The translations under genes and the position numbers were made by a program. Of a stretch of 64,000 nucleotides of DNA, positions 33,750 to 51,947 are shown in pieces. The stretch spans positions 518,906 to 582,905 of the forward strand of contig JAWQFM010000003.1 in assembly GCA_033442325.1 (NCBI GenBank), written 5' to 3'. Every line of letters begins with the position of its first letter. The stretch's first letter is position 1. The notes beneath the pieces were generated by a model, which did not search any database, was not told the DNA's origin, and worked only from the letters and a program-made list of their open reading frames with translations. The DNA comes from Salpingoeca rosetta (Eukaryota; Protista; Choanoflagellata).

Positions 33750-34130
33750 CTCACCATCGGAGTTGTGGCGCCGGCTGACGGCGCGGCGCTGATGGCGCGC
33801 GCGCGGTTTGTTACGGCCGCGCTGTGTGGACTGCGGCGTGCGTGGTGAGGCGCGCACGGCCTTTGTGCCGCGCTTGGCTGCGGCTGGCGTTGTTGCTGTG
33901 CCGGAGGAGGCTGAGCCAGGCGATGACGAGGCTGCGGTGCTCAGGCGCTCGGCCGCAGCCCGCTTTGCGCGCCGAGATGGCCGCCCACTGCCGCTGCTGG
34001 GCGCGGGAACTGGGGTGGACACGGCGCTGCTGCTGCTGCTGTTGTGGCTGTTGCTGTCACCGGCATCATTATCATGGGCAGTCGCACCAGTGCGTCGCCT
34101 TGACTGGCGCCCGCGTGTTGCCGCAGGCAT
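23818..34130 (-). CDS. STAG: Cohesin subunit SA/STAG (Scc3), more than 20 exons
   Basis: Exon peptides [85 protein letters not shown] (STAG and SCD domains), [31 protein letters not shown] and [11 protein letters not shown]. Not every internal junction was verified. Confidence 0.93.
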
Positions 34131-35467
34131 CGTTGTGCGTGTGTGTGTCGTGTGTTCGTGGGTTGGACAGGGTGTGTGCGTGCTGGCATCAACACTGAAG
34201 TCAAGGAGGGATGGCTTAGCTTTGCTTGCTGCAGCTCAAGCGCACCACCACCACTCAAAACAATACAGTTATCAACTCCACTCTCGCCACTGCTTGGTGT
34301 GTCTGCTCTCTTGCTGCTTGCTGTCTTGGGTGTGTTGTCGTGTTTGTGCTGTTCCCGCCAAAAACCGCGCCGAAATGGGCCCGTCCCATGTGGTGCATTC
34401 TGCCAAGAATAAAAAAACTGAAAAATATAGCTGAGTGACAAAAGGAAGGTGCGAGCGTCATTCGCTACTGGCAATTTTCGTTGAAATCATTGCCAAAAAA
34501 GCGGAAGACAGGCGTTTTGTGGCGTTTTGCGGGACAGACGGGCGAGTGGATTGCGGATGTTTTGGGGCTTTGGCCGCTGCTGCTGGTGGTTGAGTGGCCT
34601 GGCGTTGCCGCTGCACGTTCGTTGGCTGCCTGGCTGGTTTGGTGGTTTTTTCGTTCCCGCGCCTTCGGTTGTGGGGCTTCCCATCATCTTTCTCCTTGTA
34701 CGAGCAGACGAACAAGCGCAAGCGCACTCAACAAATGAGAAAGACGTCACATCTCACAACAACAACACCACAATCACACAACAACCCAACCAAACAGACC
34801 AGCGACGACCAAAAAGCACAAGAAGAAGAAGCACACAGAAGCCACAAACCTTCTTCCTCCACAACACTGTCTCACATCACATCACCGCGTCAATTTCCAC
34901 AAACTGCACCTGACCTTGCGTTCTCTGGTCGTTCTGGCTTGTTTGCTCCAAAGGCAGCAAGCCCCTGTTTTTGGTTGACCTCTGGTTCGCCCGGTTGACC
35001 TCACACACCCAAAGCCTTGCAACTCCCCAAAGACGTATTCCCCTCACGTTCAGTCAACTGCGGCTTCGTCTTTGTCTTCTGCGTCTCCTTCTTCGTTTCC
35101 TGTTTGCGCACCCTCGTGTCTCCGCACACATCTATCAGCGTCAGCATCATCATCATCATCATCATCATCACCGCCCCTGAATTTCCAGCAGTGGTGCGGT
35201 GAGCGTGACCCCCACGCCACGTGATTTCAACAGCCGCTTCCGATTGTGTCTCCCGACTGAGCCAACCCGACATCAAGCAACAACCATCCTTTACCACCCA
35301 CCCCTTTGTCACTCCTCCTCCCCCCCCCCCAACCGACCAACCGACCAACCACAGCCCCCACGACCTGACTTTCCTGCCCGCCCCGTGTGGTGTTGTGCTT
35401 GTTTGTTTGTTTGTTTGTTTGTTTGTTTGTTTGCGGTGTTGCGGTGTAGTGGATGCGTGACAGAAGC

Positions 35468-39597
<4,130 letters not shown>

Positions 39598-41089
39598 TGA
39601 TGCCGGCCAGCGCACGCACATGTGTTGTCCCTCCAGTTGCACGCATACATCGTGTACTGACCGGAACTGCCAGCATTGCTGCCGATAGTAGTGCCGCTGC
39701 TGTCACTGCAGGCGTGCACATGCTCGAAGAGGCAACTTTCCCTGCCGTCCCCCTCCTCTCCCCCCCCCCCCTCTTCGTTTTTTTCCTTTCCTTCTGTCTT
39801 CCCTGCTCCTCTTCCTCTTTCCCTTCCTCTTCTCTCCTCAACTGCCCCTTTCTCGGTTCGTCTATGTGGACAGTGTGTGCGGCCCCATGCCACCTGTGCC
39901 CCTCGTTCCCAGTCCCCCGTTGTTGCTGCTGCTGTTGCTCCTTGTGCTTCTCAACACTTCAGCGTGTGTGTGTGTGTGTCTTGTTGTGCTTACTTCAAAG
40001 TGTTTTGTTAGCTGCCGTGGACTACTTCCATCGTGTTGTGTTTACGTATGTGGTCCACCTTTGCCTAGAGATGTGTCCATTTATTATTCGCCTGTTCCCC
40101 TGTTTGTGAGCCTCGCCCTCTCCTACCGCTTCTTATTGCGTCATGCTTCGCTCGTTCCTCCCTGTTCGGCATTTATTCGACATGCGCCTGTATCCTGCTC
40201 ACCGCGTTATCGTGACACCCCCCTCCCTGCCTCAGTCGGCATAATTGCGCTCCCTTCCCCCTTCCCCCTTCTCCCTTGCCCTCTTCCCTCCTCGCGTGTT
40301 TCAATCATTTTCTCGCTTTGCTGTTGTGCACTTGCATCTTGCACATCCGCCGTTACACGCGCGTGTGTTTGTTCGAATCGTGTGATGAGGGGTCTTTGCA
40401 CATGTGACGACGTGTGATGTGTGGTTGACTTCATCTTGTGCCGTTCCCCACACTGCTAGTGAAACTTTTGTTTGTTCCTCTGCTCAGTCGAGTACATGGT
40501 CACCACGTCACATCAACACCACATTGTGTCTCCTCCTCTTCTGTTGCCTTCTCTTCCCTCCATCTTCACCCACACTGCGCACGTGTTGTGGCCCATTGTA
40601 TCGCCTGACTTGGCCGTGTGGTGGTGTTCCTTTGTCATGTCATATCATTGTCAGTTACGTTCCACTCCTTTGCATTAGCGCCGCGGATTCTAGTTGTCCC
40701 ATCACCATCATCGTCGTCGTCGACCTGCTGGCTCGCACGAAATGTGTGTGCACTCATGATGGTGTTGTCCACTGAACGAACTAGCAGTCGTGATTCGATA
40801 AACACAAGCAAGCAAGAAGCAAATGAGCAAGCAAGACACAACCAAGCAAGATCAAGTGCAGGAAGGAAATGAGCAACAAGCAAACAAGCGAGCTGCATGC
40901 CCTTCTCTCTGCTCTTCTCCTGTTCACCCCATGGATTTGAGATGAAGTGAGTGATGTGATGTTGATGTGATGTGATGACATGACATGACGGTGTGTGCAT
41001 TTATATTGTCTTTGTCTGTTGCTGCGAACGGAAGGAAAGGGTGGTAGAAAAACCAGGGTAACAAAACCATAATGGAGCAAGTTAAGAGT

Positions 41090-41158
<69 letters not shown>

Positions 41159-41511
41159 CGTTTGACCAAGGGCTATTGCTGCTGGTGCCGCCGTTGCAGC
41201 ATGCAAGTGAAAGGCGATGCACAAACGCAAAGCATATCGGCACACAACAAAGGTCGAAACAACGTCTCACCAAATGCATAAAACCAGGCAACGCGCGCAT
41301 TCGCGTACAACAAACACTTCAAAAGCGACAAGCACTCTGGACACATTTGGAGTGGGCTACTGATGAGGTGCACGCGCCCTAGAAGTAGCACGTAGGAGCA
41401 TGAGCAGCAAGCGTGCATCACAGACACGCCGTGAAATGTAATGGGAGTGGCACATTGTCTTGCATGGTCAATTGTGGAGGAGTGCGAATCGCCAGTCACA
41501 TACATTTGACA

Positions 41512-41938
41512 TCACCGGGATGCTGGCAACAACTGTGCGCGCTCAGACGTGTCCACGCTTGGATCCTCCTCCTCCTCCTCCTCCTCCTCCTCCTCATCTG
41601 CGTCCACACCATGCGGCTGCTGTGCTGCTGCTGTTGCTGGTGTTGGTGCCGCTGTTGCCGCTGCTGTTGTTGTTAGAGCCGCGTCGTTCTCCACATCAAC
41701 AGCGCTGGTTGCATATGTGGGCGGGTTTGAGTGCCCGAGCAGCGACGTACGCTCTGAGGACAGAGGATCGCGCTTGCATAATGGACACACCCGCCGGCGC
41801 TCACGCAACCACGGCGTGATGCAAGACTTGTGAAACTCTGCCAGCGGCGACACACGAGAAGACGGGAGGCGTGAGTAAGATGGGCGGGGGAGGAGGGTGG
41901 TGGCTGTTTGGTGGCGGCAATTGGAGAAATGCGTGCGT

Positions 41939-42027
<89 letters not shown>

Positions 42028-42298
42028 CATGCGTGTGTGTGTGCATGCGTGTGTGTGTGTGTGTGTGTTTGTGTTTGTGTGTGTGTGTGTGTGTGCATGT
42101 ATGTGTGTGTGTGCATGTGCACACGTGTGTGTGTGTGTGTGTGTGTGTGCATGTGCACGTGTGTGTGTNNNNNNNNNNNNNNNNNNNNNNNNNNNNNNNN
42201 NNNNNNNNNNNNNNNNNNNNNNNNNNNNNNNNNNNNNNNNNNNNNNNNNNNNNNNNNNNNNNNNNNNNGCACATGTATGTGTGTGTGTGTATGTAGTG

Positions 42299-42343
<45 letters not shown>

Positions 42344-44623
42344 GAGAGGGCCAAGGGGCGCGTTGCTTCCGCAACGCGATAACAGCGGCTGCCAACCCGG
42401 TCACAGCACATGCGCGACTGACCGTGATTGCACACGAGCACTGTGAGCTCGTCACCCGGCTTGAATTCCTCCAGGCAGATACAGCACGAGTTTTCTTCGT
42501 CGCCTGCAGTGGCGGTGATGATGAGGGTGAAGTGCATGAAGGCCAGTGACAAGGGGTGTGAGCAAAGGCCAAGGCGACACAAAACCAGCGAGGCATAACT
42601 GCTTGAAATGTGTAAACAAACACGCATGGCTATGCATGCACACATTGCAACGCTCGCTTGCACACATACACGTACAAGCACACATACGCACGTACACACA
42701 TACACATTTGAAAACACGCACACAAACATGTACACGCACACGCATACAAGCACGCACGCACGCACCTGATCTGAATTTGCGGGTGGTGAGGCGGTTCAAT
42801 TCGGATGCGCTCATTGTTTGTGTGCGCAGAGCAACAGCCCGTCGGTTGCGCTGGCGCGTGTGGTACACCTACAGTCCAATCAACCACGCGCGCACGCATG
42901 CACATATGCACACAATGTGACTGGTGAAAAGGGATGTTGAAAGCTGTTGCAGACGAGAAGCCGCACACATGCACACACACACACACACACATACACACAA
43001 GCTATGTGAATGTGGAGGGACGTATACTTGCATGCACGCACGCAACGCACAGTAAATATGGTGGCGAAGAACACGGCGCAGCAAATGATGACGATAAAGG
43101 TGACAAGAAACGACGGCCATTGCGGTACATCCTCTGGCAACAGCAACACGGCATTGTTCCTTCATTGGGCGAAGCAATTTTGGGGGATGCATGTGGTTGA
43201 TGATGAGTGCATGGTGTTTTGCATGCCATACAAGAGCGCAGTGCTAGGGTCAGTGCACACACGCACACGCACAAACACAAGCGCACGCACAAACACCAGA
43301 ATACTCACAAACGCGCGCACACACGCACGCACTCGCTCACTTGCACACGCAAACGCACTTACGCACACGAACAAACACAACAATACGTACGCATGCACGC
43401 ACTCACTCACTCACTCACAAACACAAGAATACGCACACTCACTCACTCACTCACTCACAAACACAAGAATACGCACACTCACTCACTCACTCACAAACAC
43501 AAGAATACGCACACTCACTCACTCACTCACAAACACAAGAATACGCACACTCACTCACTCACTCACTCACTCACTCACTCACTCACTCACTCACTCACTC
43601 ACTCACTCACTCACTCACTCACTCGCATACTCACGCGTGTTGGGACAAGATGACGCCAGCGGAGTGGGTGACAAAAACGGATGGAATGTCAACGTTTTGC
43701 CGACCGCGCATGACAATGAGCCCTTCATCAATCGTGTCATAGATGATGGCAGCACTGTACCCTGCCTCTTCAGCCCGTAACACCTGACAAATGTGCATCA
43801 AAGTGTATCAACGTGTGCACATGTGGGCGTGAAAACGAGTAGTGCCACCACACAGCAAAAAGTGCACGCATGCACACAGCACAAAGTACACACACACATG
43901 CACAGCACAAAGCAAAACAGTGCACGCACACACACACACAGCACAAAGTACGCGCACGCACCTTCTCGTCAAACTCGCAGATTGGGTTGCCACCACGCTC
44001 TAGCAGCACAAACTGGGTGACGTTGGCAGCGGCAGGCTGCAAAGGGCCGCAGCCATCGCGCGGAACGCCAACCACAAGCATGCCCGTGTACCCTTGGGAT
44101 GTCAAGCTTGGTCCAAAGTCAGCCTCCATCGACGGAAACCGGACCGTGCCAGACGTCAAACTCTGCATGGCGCGACAGTGATGTGGCCAACAACAATACA
44201 CACACACACACGCACGCACACACACACACACACACACGCACACGCATACAGCACAGCACAGCACAAAGAACACGCACACGCACACACACGCACACACACA
44301 CACACGCACACGCACACGCACACACAATACACAATTCACAGAGGCGCAATTCAAGCGAGCGAGGAAGGCATATGAGTGTCACGCACGTTCATGGGGGTGC
44401 ATGCTTGTGTGCTTGCGTCCCCGTTTCCCTTCCTCCCCTTAGAAGAACAGAATACCACCCCACCCCCCTGCTCTTTGTGCTCGCGCAAACACAAACAAGG
44501 TGGTTGTAGGCGGTGGTTCCTCACCAGGACGACTTCTGCTGATGCGCTGTTGCTCAGCAGGCACAGCAGCGCTACCATGGTCACTGCCGCCGCCATTCTA
44601 CACCGCATGACTGCACGAGCCAT
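41512..44623 (-). CDS. PA-TM-RING E3 ubiquitin ligase (RNF13/RNF167-like), about 7 exons
   Basis: Signal peptide; PA domain (ADFGPSL..GCGPLQP..LLERGG..CEFDEKVLRAEEAGYSAAIIYD..DIPSVFV); TM (FLVTFIVIICCAVFF); RING-H2 [43 protein letters not shown] dileucine-type motif. Confidence 0.92.
42169..42268. other. Assembly gap (100 N) inside a microsatellite-rich intron
   Basis: Run of N flanked by (TG)n. Confidence 0.99.
43400..43625. repeat. About 30-34-nt minisatellite (ACAAACACAAGAATACGCAC(ACTC)n) x4 plus (ACTC)n tract in an intron of the RING ligase
   Basis: Directly visible tandem units. Confidence 0.85.
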
Positions 44624-45012
44624 GGTGAGAGAAGGGGAGGGGGTAGGGGAAGGTTGACCGAGTCGCAATAGAAGAATGCGAGCTGTTGCGCGCTGCCTCG
44701 TGGTGGCTGGCTGGCTGGGTGGGTGCTCCTTTTTCTCTTTCTTTCTGGCTGGTGTGATGATCCTTGCTTCTTGCTTGCTTGCTTGCTTCTTCAGGGCGGT
44801 AAGTGTGCGACGCACCCGTTTCTTGTTGCGGTTGTTTGTTTTTCTGGCAACAACGAAATCCAGGCCATCGACCATTTATGTATGACATCAACAAGAATCG
44901 CAGCACGATGACAAAGCACCGTCAAGGCCAGGCAGGAAGAGCGGTGGTGGAGGTGGAGGAAGCAGAGTCAGTCGTGCACCACGCTCATTGTGGGGTGTGG
45001 TGTGGTGTGGTG

Positions 45013-46878
45013 TTATGACGAGGAAGAGCTGCGTTTGTTGTGGATGCCAAGGGAGTAGCGAACGCGGGCATCTTCAATGTGGTGACGGTGGTCTTTGAGG
45101 TAGTCCTCCAGCTTGGTCCAGCCGCCACCCACGCGCACCTGTTGTGGTGTTGGGTGTCATGCACAAATAGTTGTGTGGTTGCAGCGACATGTGAGCCAGA
45201 ACGATCCCGTCAGACCAAAACAACGCAAATCATGTGCAATTGAAATGGGCAAGGGGGGGGTGCGGTGCACAGGACACCATGCACAAAAACAGACACACAC
45301 GCACACAAACACACCACAGAGACACACACACATACAACCACACACCACACATACAACCACACACCACACACACGCACACACACACACATACAAACACACA
45401 CCACATACAACCACACACCACACACATAAACACAAACACACACCACAGACATCCACAAACAAACACACACAAACAGGCACAACACACAAACACATACACG
45501 TACCATGATGTTCTTGCCAACGATGCGAACGTTGAGAATGTGGTCTTGGCCAGGCAGCTTGTACTTGCCAGGGGCATGATAGACCAGGTCCCCTTCGTTG
45601 AGGCCAGAATCCTTGAGCGTGGTCGACACGCGGGCGTGGGTCGGGTCCGCCCTCTGCGGCCGCGGCCCTGCGCGGGGCTTCCGCTCTGTCGCACTCGACT
45701 TGCGTGCACGTGCTGCAGTCTTCGCCTTGGCAGCCTCCTTCAAGCGCGCAATCTCTTGCTTCAGCTCCTCACACTCCGCACGGGACGTGTCAAGCTCCGC
45801 CCGCAGCTTCGTGTCAGCCTCGCCACCAGCGCCTTTGGCCTGTGCCGCCGCCTCAGTTGCCTTGCCCTTCTCTTCCTCACACGTGTTCAGCTGCCGCTTG
45901 AGCCGCGCAATCTCGTCATCTTTCGCCTGCAGGGCGGCCTCCGCCTCGCTCGCCTGCTTCTGCTTGGCCGCTGCGAGCTCCTCAAGTACGCTGCCCAGCT
46001 GCTGCTTCAGCTGCACTACCTCTGCCTGCGCGGTGGACAACTTGTCCTCGCACTCGCTGCACGCCTTCTCTGCGTCTGCCTGCGCCTGTGTAGCCGCCGC
46101 TGTGGCCTCGCCCTTCTCGTTAAACTCATCCACGCGGCTCTGAAGAGCCTCAATCTGCTCCATCAGCATTCCAACGCGCGCCTCCGCACCGGCGTGCGAC
46201 ACCTGCAGGTCCTCAAAGTCCTGCGACACCATGCGCATCTTGGCCGTTGCCAGGTCGCGCTCTTCAACCGCCTGCTGCGCCTTCTTCTCCGCCTCCTCCA
46301 CCTGCCGTCGCAACTCTGTCTCCACGGCGCGCTCCTGATCAGCATCGCTCCGCTTCTGGGCCGCCTCTTCCCGCAGGCGCGCCACCGTGGCCTCCAGCTC
46401 TGAAATGCGCTCGTCCTTCCTCGCAAGTGCCCGCTGCAACTCCTCGATCTCGTCGCGGGCGCCGCCACGCCGCGCTTCTTCCAGGTCGTCCTCAAGCTTC
46501 AGCACCTGCGCCTCAGCCGCATATGCCCGCCGCTCAAGCGCCTGCAATTTGCGCTCCATCTCGCTCGGTGCAGCAGGGGTGGCCGCTGCGTCTGTTGGCG
46601 TGGTTGCGGTAGACGTCACTGTCGAGTCGGTGGTGGTGGTGGTGGTGGTGGATGACTGCAGGGCGGCGGTTGTGGTTGTCACCGTCGTGTCACGCTTCAC
46701 ATCGTACCCACGATCGTCCTTGAACTCTGACATGCTGTGCTGCATGTCAACACGCGTTGGTGTACTGTCCTCTTGTTGCTTGCCGCCTTCCAGCGCAGCG
46801 GTGAGGCGGCGGCGGTGGTTCTCGTCCATGTACGCGATCAGCTCGGGTAGCTCAATCCGCCCGTCCTGAATGTGTTGA

Positions 46879-46927
<49 letters not shown>

Positions 46928-47943
46928 GTGTGTGTGGGGGGGGGGGGGTGATGACACAGTGAACAGAAGGGCAGCGCAAAAAATAAGTCGACAACAATGC
47001 AACAGCAGAAAATCGTTGCGTCAGCAGCAGGGACGAGTGGACGTAGGAGCAAGGGAGGAGTTAGATGTGGATTGTGTTCACCCTCTTGCAGCAACCAAGC
47101 AAGCAAGAATACAAGAACGAGATCACAACCAAGCACCTCGTTGGCGTCGAGCTCGGTCCAGAAGTCCTTCCAGTGGCGCCCATGGGCTGTGCGCAGCTCA
47201 TCGCGCAGGTCATCGTCCTCGTGCAGCACACGCTTCAGCTCCTTCTTCGAAAGCCACCCGTTCTTGTCCCGGTCCGCCCGCTCAAAGATGTCCTTCGCGC
47301 GCTCCTTCAGCGACGCGTGGTGCTTCGACGCCTTCTCCGTCAGCACCTTCATCAGGTAGTCAACAAGTTCCTTCTCCTCAATCCGTCCGTCCTGCGTGAT
47401 GAAGAGTGTGACGTAAGAGTGGAGTGAGAGTGGAGTGAGAGTGGAGTGAGAGTGGAGTGAATAACAGCAAGAACAACCACACACACACAAACAGCCACAT
47501 AACAACAGCCACATGCAACCGCACATAACAACAGCAGCAGCGCAGGCACTCACGTTGTCAACGTCGAGCTCAGCCCAGAACTCCTTCCACGGACGGCCGC
47601 CAGACGTGCGCAGCTCATACCGAAGGTCATCGTCCTCGTGCAGCACACGCTTCAGCTCCTTCTTCGACAGCCACCCGTTCTTGTCCCGGTCCGCCCGCTC
47701 AAAGATGTCGCGCACGTGGGCACGCATGCGTGCAAGCCGCTCCCCAAACGTCTCGTCGGTGCGGGCGGTCGACTCCCCACCGGTCGATGTCTCATCTGTG
47801 CCCTTGTCCGCCTTCTCCTCAGCTGCTGCAGGGTTGCTGCGGGCCTCTGCAGCCGACGCAACTGCATTGTCCACGTGCTGCTTGTGCGCCTTGTCAATGT
47901 ACTCCACAAGCTCCTCAAACTCAATCTGCCCATCCTGTGTGTG

Positions 47944-48003
<60 letters not shown>

Positions 48004-48492
48004 AAGAAAGAGAAAATGATACGGACTCAAGGCCCAAACAGCCACATAACAACAGCCACATGCAACCGCACATAACAACCAGCAGCAGCGCAGGCACTCA
48101 CGTTTTCAACGTCGAGCTCAGCCCAGAACTCTTTCCACGGACGGCCCGCCAGACGTGCGCAGCTCATACCGAAGGTCATCGTCCTCGTGCAGCACACGCT
48201 TCAGCTCCTTCTTCGACAGCCACCCGTTCTTGTCCCGGTCCGCCCGCTCAAAGATGTCGCGCACGTGGGCACGCATGCGTGCAAGCCGCTCCCCAAACGT
48301 CTCGTCGGTGCGGGCGGTCGACTCCCCACCGGTCGATGTCTCATCTGTGCCCTTGTCCGCCTTCTCCTCAGCTGCTGCAGGGTTGCTGCGGGCCTCTGCA
48401 GCCGACGCAACTGCATTGTCCACGTGCTGCTTGTGCGCCTTGTCAATGTACTCCACAAGCTCCTCAAACTCAATCTGCCCATCCTGTGTGTG

Positions 48493-48552
<60 letters not shown>

Positions 48553-49361
48553 AAGAAAGAGACAGAGACAGAGAGAGAAAGTGTGTGTGTGTGTGTGTGC
48601 GTTTGTCAGGAGTGCGTGTGGTGTGTATGTGAGCACTGTGAGCCTCAAAGACATCTGCATCGGCAACACCTCCAACAGCACCATCAACAACACCACCAAC
48701 AACACCACCAACACGTGCTGTAACGTACGCCGTTGGCGTCGAGCTCGGTCCAGAAGTCCTTCCAGTGGCGCCCGTGAGCAGCACGCAGCTCGTCACGCAG
48801 GTCGTCGTCCTCGTGCAGCACACGCTTCAGCTCCCTCTTGGACAGCACGCCGTTGCCGTCGCGATCGGCACGCTCAAAGATCTCCCTAGCCAAGTCCTTG
48901 ACCGTATCGAGGGAGTCATTCGTCTTTTCAACTTGTACCTTGGTAAGGTAATTGATCAGTTCTTGCTCTTCGATCTTTCCGTCCTGTGGGTTGTTATTGC
49001 AATCGCGGGCATGAGAAGGGGAAAGGTGAAAGACTTGGCAGGCACGCAATCCCGGGCAATCCCACCACCTGCACGCTGCTGAGCACCCATAGCACCAAGT
49101 ACACGGGCCCAGTGTGTGCAACGTTTGCTATGGGTGGAGATGTGTGCATGCAAGCAAGACCCCTACCCCATCGACGTCGAGCTCAGCCCAGAAGTCCTTC
49201 CATGGGCGACCGCCCGCGGTGCGCAGCTCAAAACGAATGTAGTCATTGCCATGAATGACGCGCTTGAGCTCCTTCTTGGACAGCCAACCATTGCCGTCAC
49301 GGTCTGCTTCGTGGAAGATGTCCGAAGCACGGCGGTGCAGTACAATCAGGCGCTGGTCCAT
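45013..49361 (-). CDS. 8xEF-hand + coiled-coil + C-terminal GAR (GAS2) domain protein (paralogue B)
   Basis: Four units with canonical loops such as DRDKNGWLSKKE and DVDN|DGRIEEKE; about 300 aa of coiled coil; then GKYKLPGQDHILNVRIVGKNIM|VRVGGGWTKLEDYLKDH, the GAR signature. Stop at 45013-45015. The model skips the frameshifted duplicate of exon 3. Confidence 0.85.
48036..48560 (-). repeat. Tandem duplicate of exon 3 of paralogue B with a +1 frameshift (pseudo-exon or misassembly)
   Basis: Near-identical to about 47490-48010 except for 4 differences clustered at about 48078-48150, including GGACGGCCCGCC versus GGACGGCCGCC. Confidence 0.85.
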
Positions 49362-50143
49362 ATCGCCGCTGCCAAATCAAACAACTCTTTGTGTTCTTCC
49401 CTTCTTGTTGCCGTGCTTGTGAGACCCTGCTTTGCTGCCTCGTGGTGCTTTGCCTGCTGTGTTTGCTTTGCTTAGTTGCTTGCTTGTCGTAGTCGGTGTG
49501 AATGGCACGAAGGTCTTGTGTCGGCGCGACGAACAGGATGGTGGTGTGTGCACGCAAGCTCGCTTGTTCACTGCGTCACCCTTTTGTGTGTGGTGCAGAA
49601 TTTTTTTTTCTTTGTTGCTTGCTTGCTTGCTTGCAATCAGTGAATTGAGTTGGTGACGAGTGCGAATGACGATGGCAAGTGTTGCTTCTGCCCGGAGGCT
49701 TCGGATGACAGCTCCTTGTGCGCGTGTGCGCGTGTGCGTGGTGATGATTCACTTACTAGCTAGGTTGTTGATGGTTTTGCTTCATTGCGTTGACAGTGAT
49801 TGTGATTACGATGGAGCATGAGAACAGACGATGGTCATCAACATTGATGCTGTATATGCGTTGCAATGTGCGATGGCACACCACGTGAAAGCGCAAGGAA
49901 ACAAGACGCGCACACACAATCAAGCAAGCAAGCAAACAAGCAAGTAGGCAGGCATTGGGTGGCAGTTGTAAGAGGCTGAATTGCAGGGGCTGACGACAGT
50001 AAACAACAGGGGGCAGGAGTAAAAGGTGAAGGCGGCTTTTGCGACGGCGCTCACATCGCTCATGTTGCTGACGACGAGCACACCAAAGGTGTCACCATGA
50101 AGATTTCGGGTCGAAGCCTTGAATCCCCAAAGCCTTCGCTGCC

Positions 50144-50787
50144 TCAAGCACGGACAAGCTCAAGACCCTCCTGGACGTGGCGCGTGCCGGCCTTCTCAAT
50201 GTAGTCAACCAGCTCATCGAGTGTAATCTTGCCGTCCTGCACACACCCCCAGAAACACAAGGAGAACAAGCATATCGGATACACAGGATCCGGGAACAGT
50301 GAGTCACGACGATACCAATGGTTAGCATGTGCAGCGGCGTTGAAACACAACAGGCACACGATGCCAACAAACAGACTTGTTGAGCCAAATGATGTTGGCG
50401 TTTCACAAACAGCGCACACGTGTCAACAAGAGCAGGACTCAAACATACGCCGTTGGCGTCGAGCTCGGTCCAGAAGTCCTTCCAGTGGCGCCCATGGGCT
50501 GTGCGCAGCTCATCGCGCAGGTCATCGTCCTCGTGCAGCACACGCTTCAGCTCCTTCTTCGAAAGCCACCCGTTCTTGTCCCGGTCCGCCCGCTCAAAGA
50601 TGTCCTTCGCGCGCTCCTTCAGCGACGCGTGGTGCTTCGACGCCTTCTCCGTCAGCACCTTCATCAGGTAGTCAACAAGTTCCTTCTCCTCAATCCGTCC
50701 GTCCTGCGTGATGAAGAGTGTGACGTAAGAGTGGAGTGAGAGTGGAGTGAATAACAGCAAGAACAACCACACACACACACACATATT

Positions 50788-50830
<43 letters not shown>

Positions 50831-51869
50831 CACACACACACACAAACAGCCACATAACAACAGCCACATGCAACCGCACATAACAACAGCAGCAGCGCAG
50901 GCACTCACGTTGTCAACGTCGAGCTCAGCCCAGAACTCCTTCCACGGACGGCCGCCAGACGTGCGCAGCTCATACCGAAGGTCATCGTCCTCGTGCAGCA
51001 CACGCTTCAGCTCCTTCTTCGACAGCCACCCGTTCTTGTCCCGGTCCGCCCGCTCAAAGATGTCGCGCACGTGGGCACGCATGCGTGCAAGCCGCTCCCC
51101 AAACGTCTCGTCGGTGCGGGCGGTCGACTCCCCACCGGTCGATGTCTCATCTGTGCCCTTGTCCGCCTTCTCCTCAGCTGCTGCAGGGTTGCTGCGGGCC
51201 TCTGCAGCCGACGCAACTGCATTGTCCACGTGCTGCTTGTGCGCCTTGTCAATGTACTCCACAAGCTCCTCAAACTCAATCTGCCCATCCTGTGTGTGCG
51301 TGTGTGTGTTGCGTTTGTCAGGAGTGCGTGTGGTGTGTATGTGAGCACTGTGAGCCTCAAAGACATCTGCATCGGCAACACCTCCAACAGCACCATCAAC
51401 AACACCACCAACAACACCACCAACACGTGCTGTAACGTACGCCGTTGGCGTCGAGCTCGGTCCAGAAGTCCTTCCAGTGGCGCCCGTGAGCAGCACGCAG
51501 CTCGTCACGCAGGTCGTCGTCCTCGTGCAGCACACGCTTCAGCTCCCTCTTGGACAGCACGCCGTTGCCGTCGCGATCGGCACGCTCAAAGATCTCCCTA
51601 GCCAGGTCCTTGACTGACCTGACAGTGCTGTCAGTCTTGTCCACAAGAACTTTGGTGACGTAGTTGATGAGCTCGTCAAGCTCAATACGGCCATCCTAAA
51701 GCGGGAAGGAAAAGTGCAGCGGGCGAGGGACGCGTGTGAGACGAGTAAAGGGTTGGGGAGGGAGATGTGTGTTCGAGGCGGCTGAACGTTCATTACAACT
51801 TTGTCATCGTCAACAAGGCGCACCAAGCACGGGTCGCAAAAGCAAAACGATGCAAGCCATGCACGCAAA

Positions 51870-51914
<45 letters not shown>

Positions 51915-51916
51915 GC

Positions 51917-51947
<31 letters not shown>

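Noticed and set aside
43400-43625. CRISPR-like or mobile-element interpretation of the ~30-nt repeats
   Set aside because: Head-to-tail units without unique spacers, in a eukaryotic intron. No cas, transposase or RT motif was seen anywhere in the window.
40380-49860. Box C (GTGATGA) motifs near 40382 and 49741 as possible C/D snoRNAs
   Set aside because: No suitably placed CTGA D box, terminal stem or recognisable rRNA guide.
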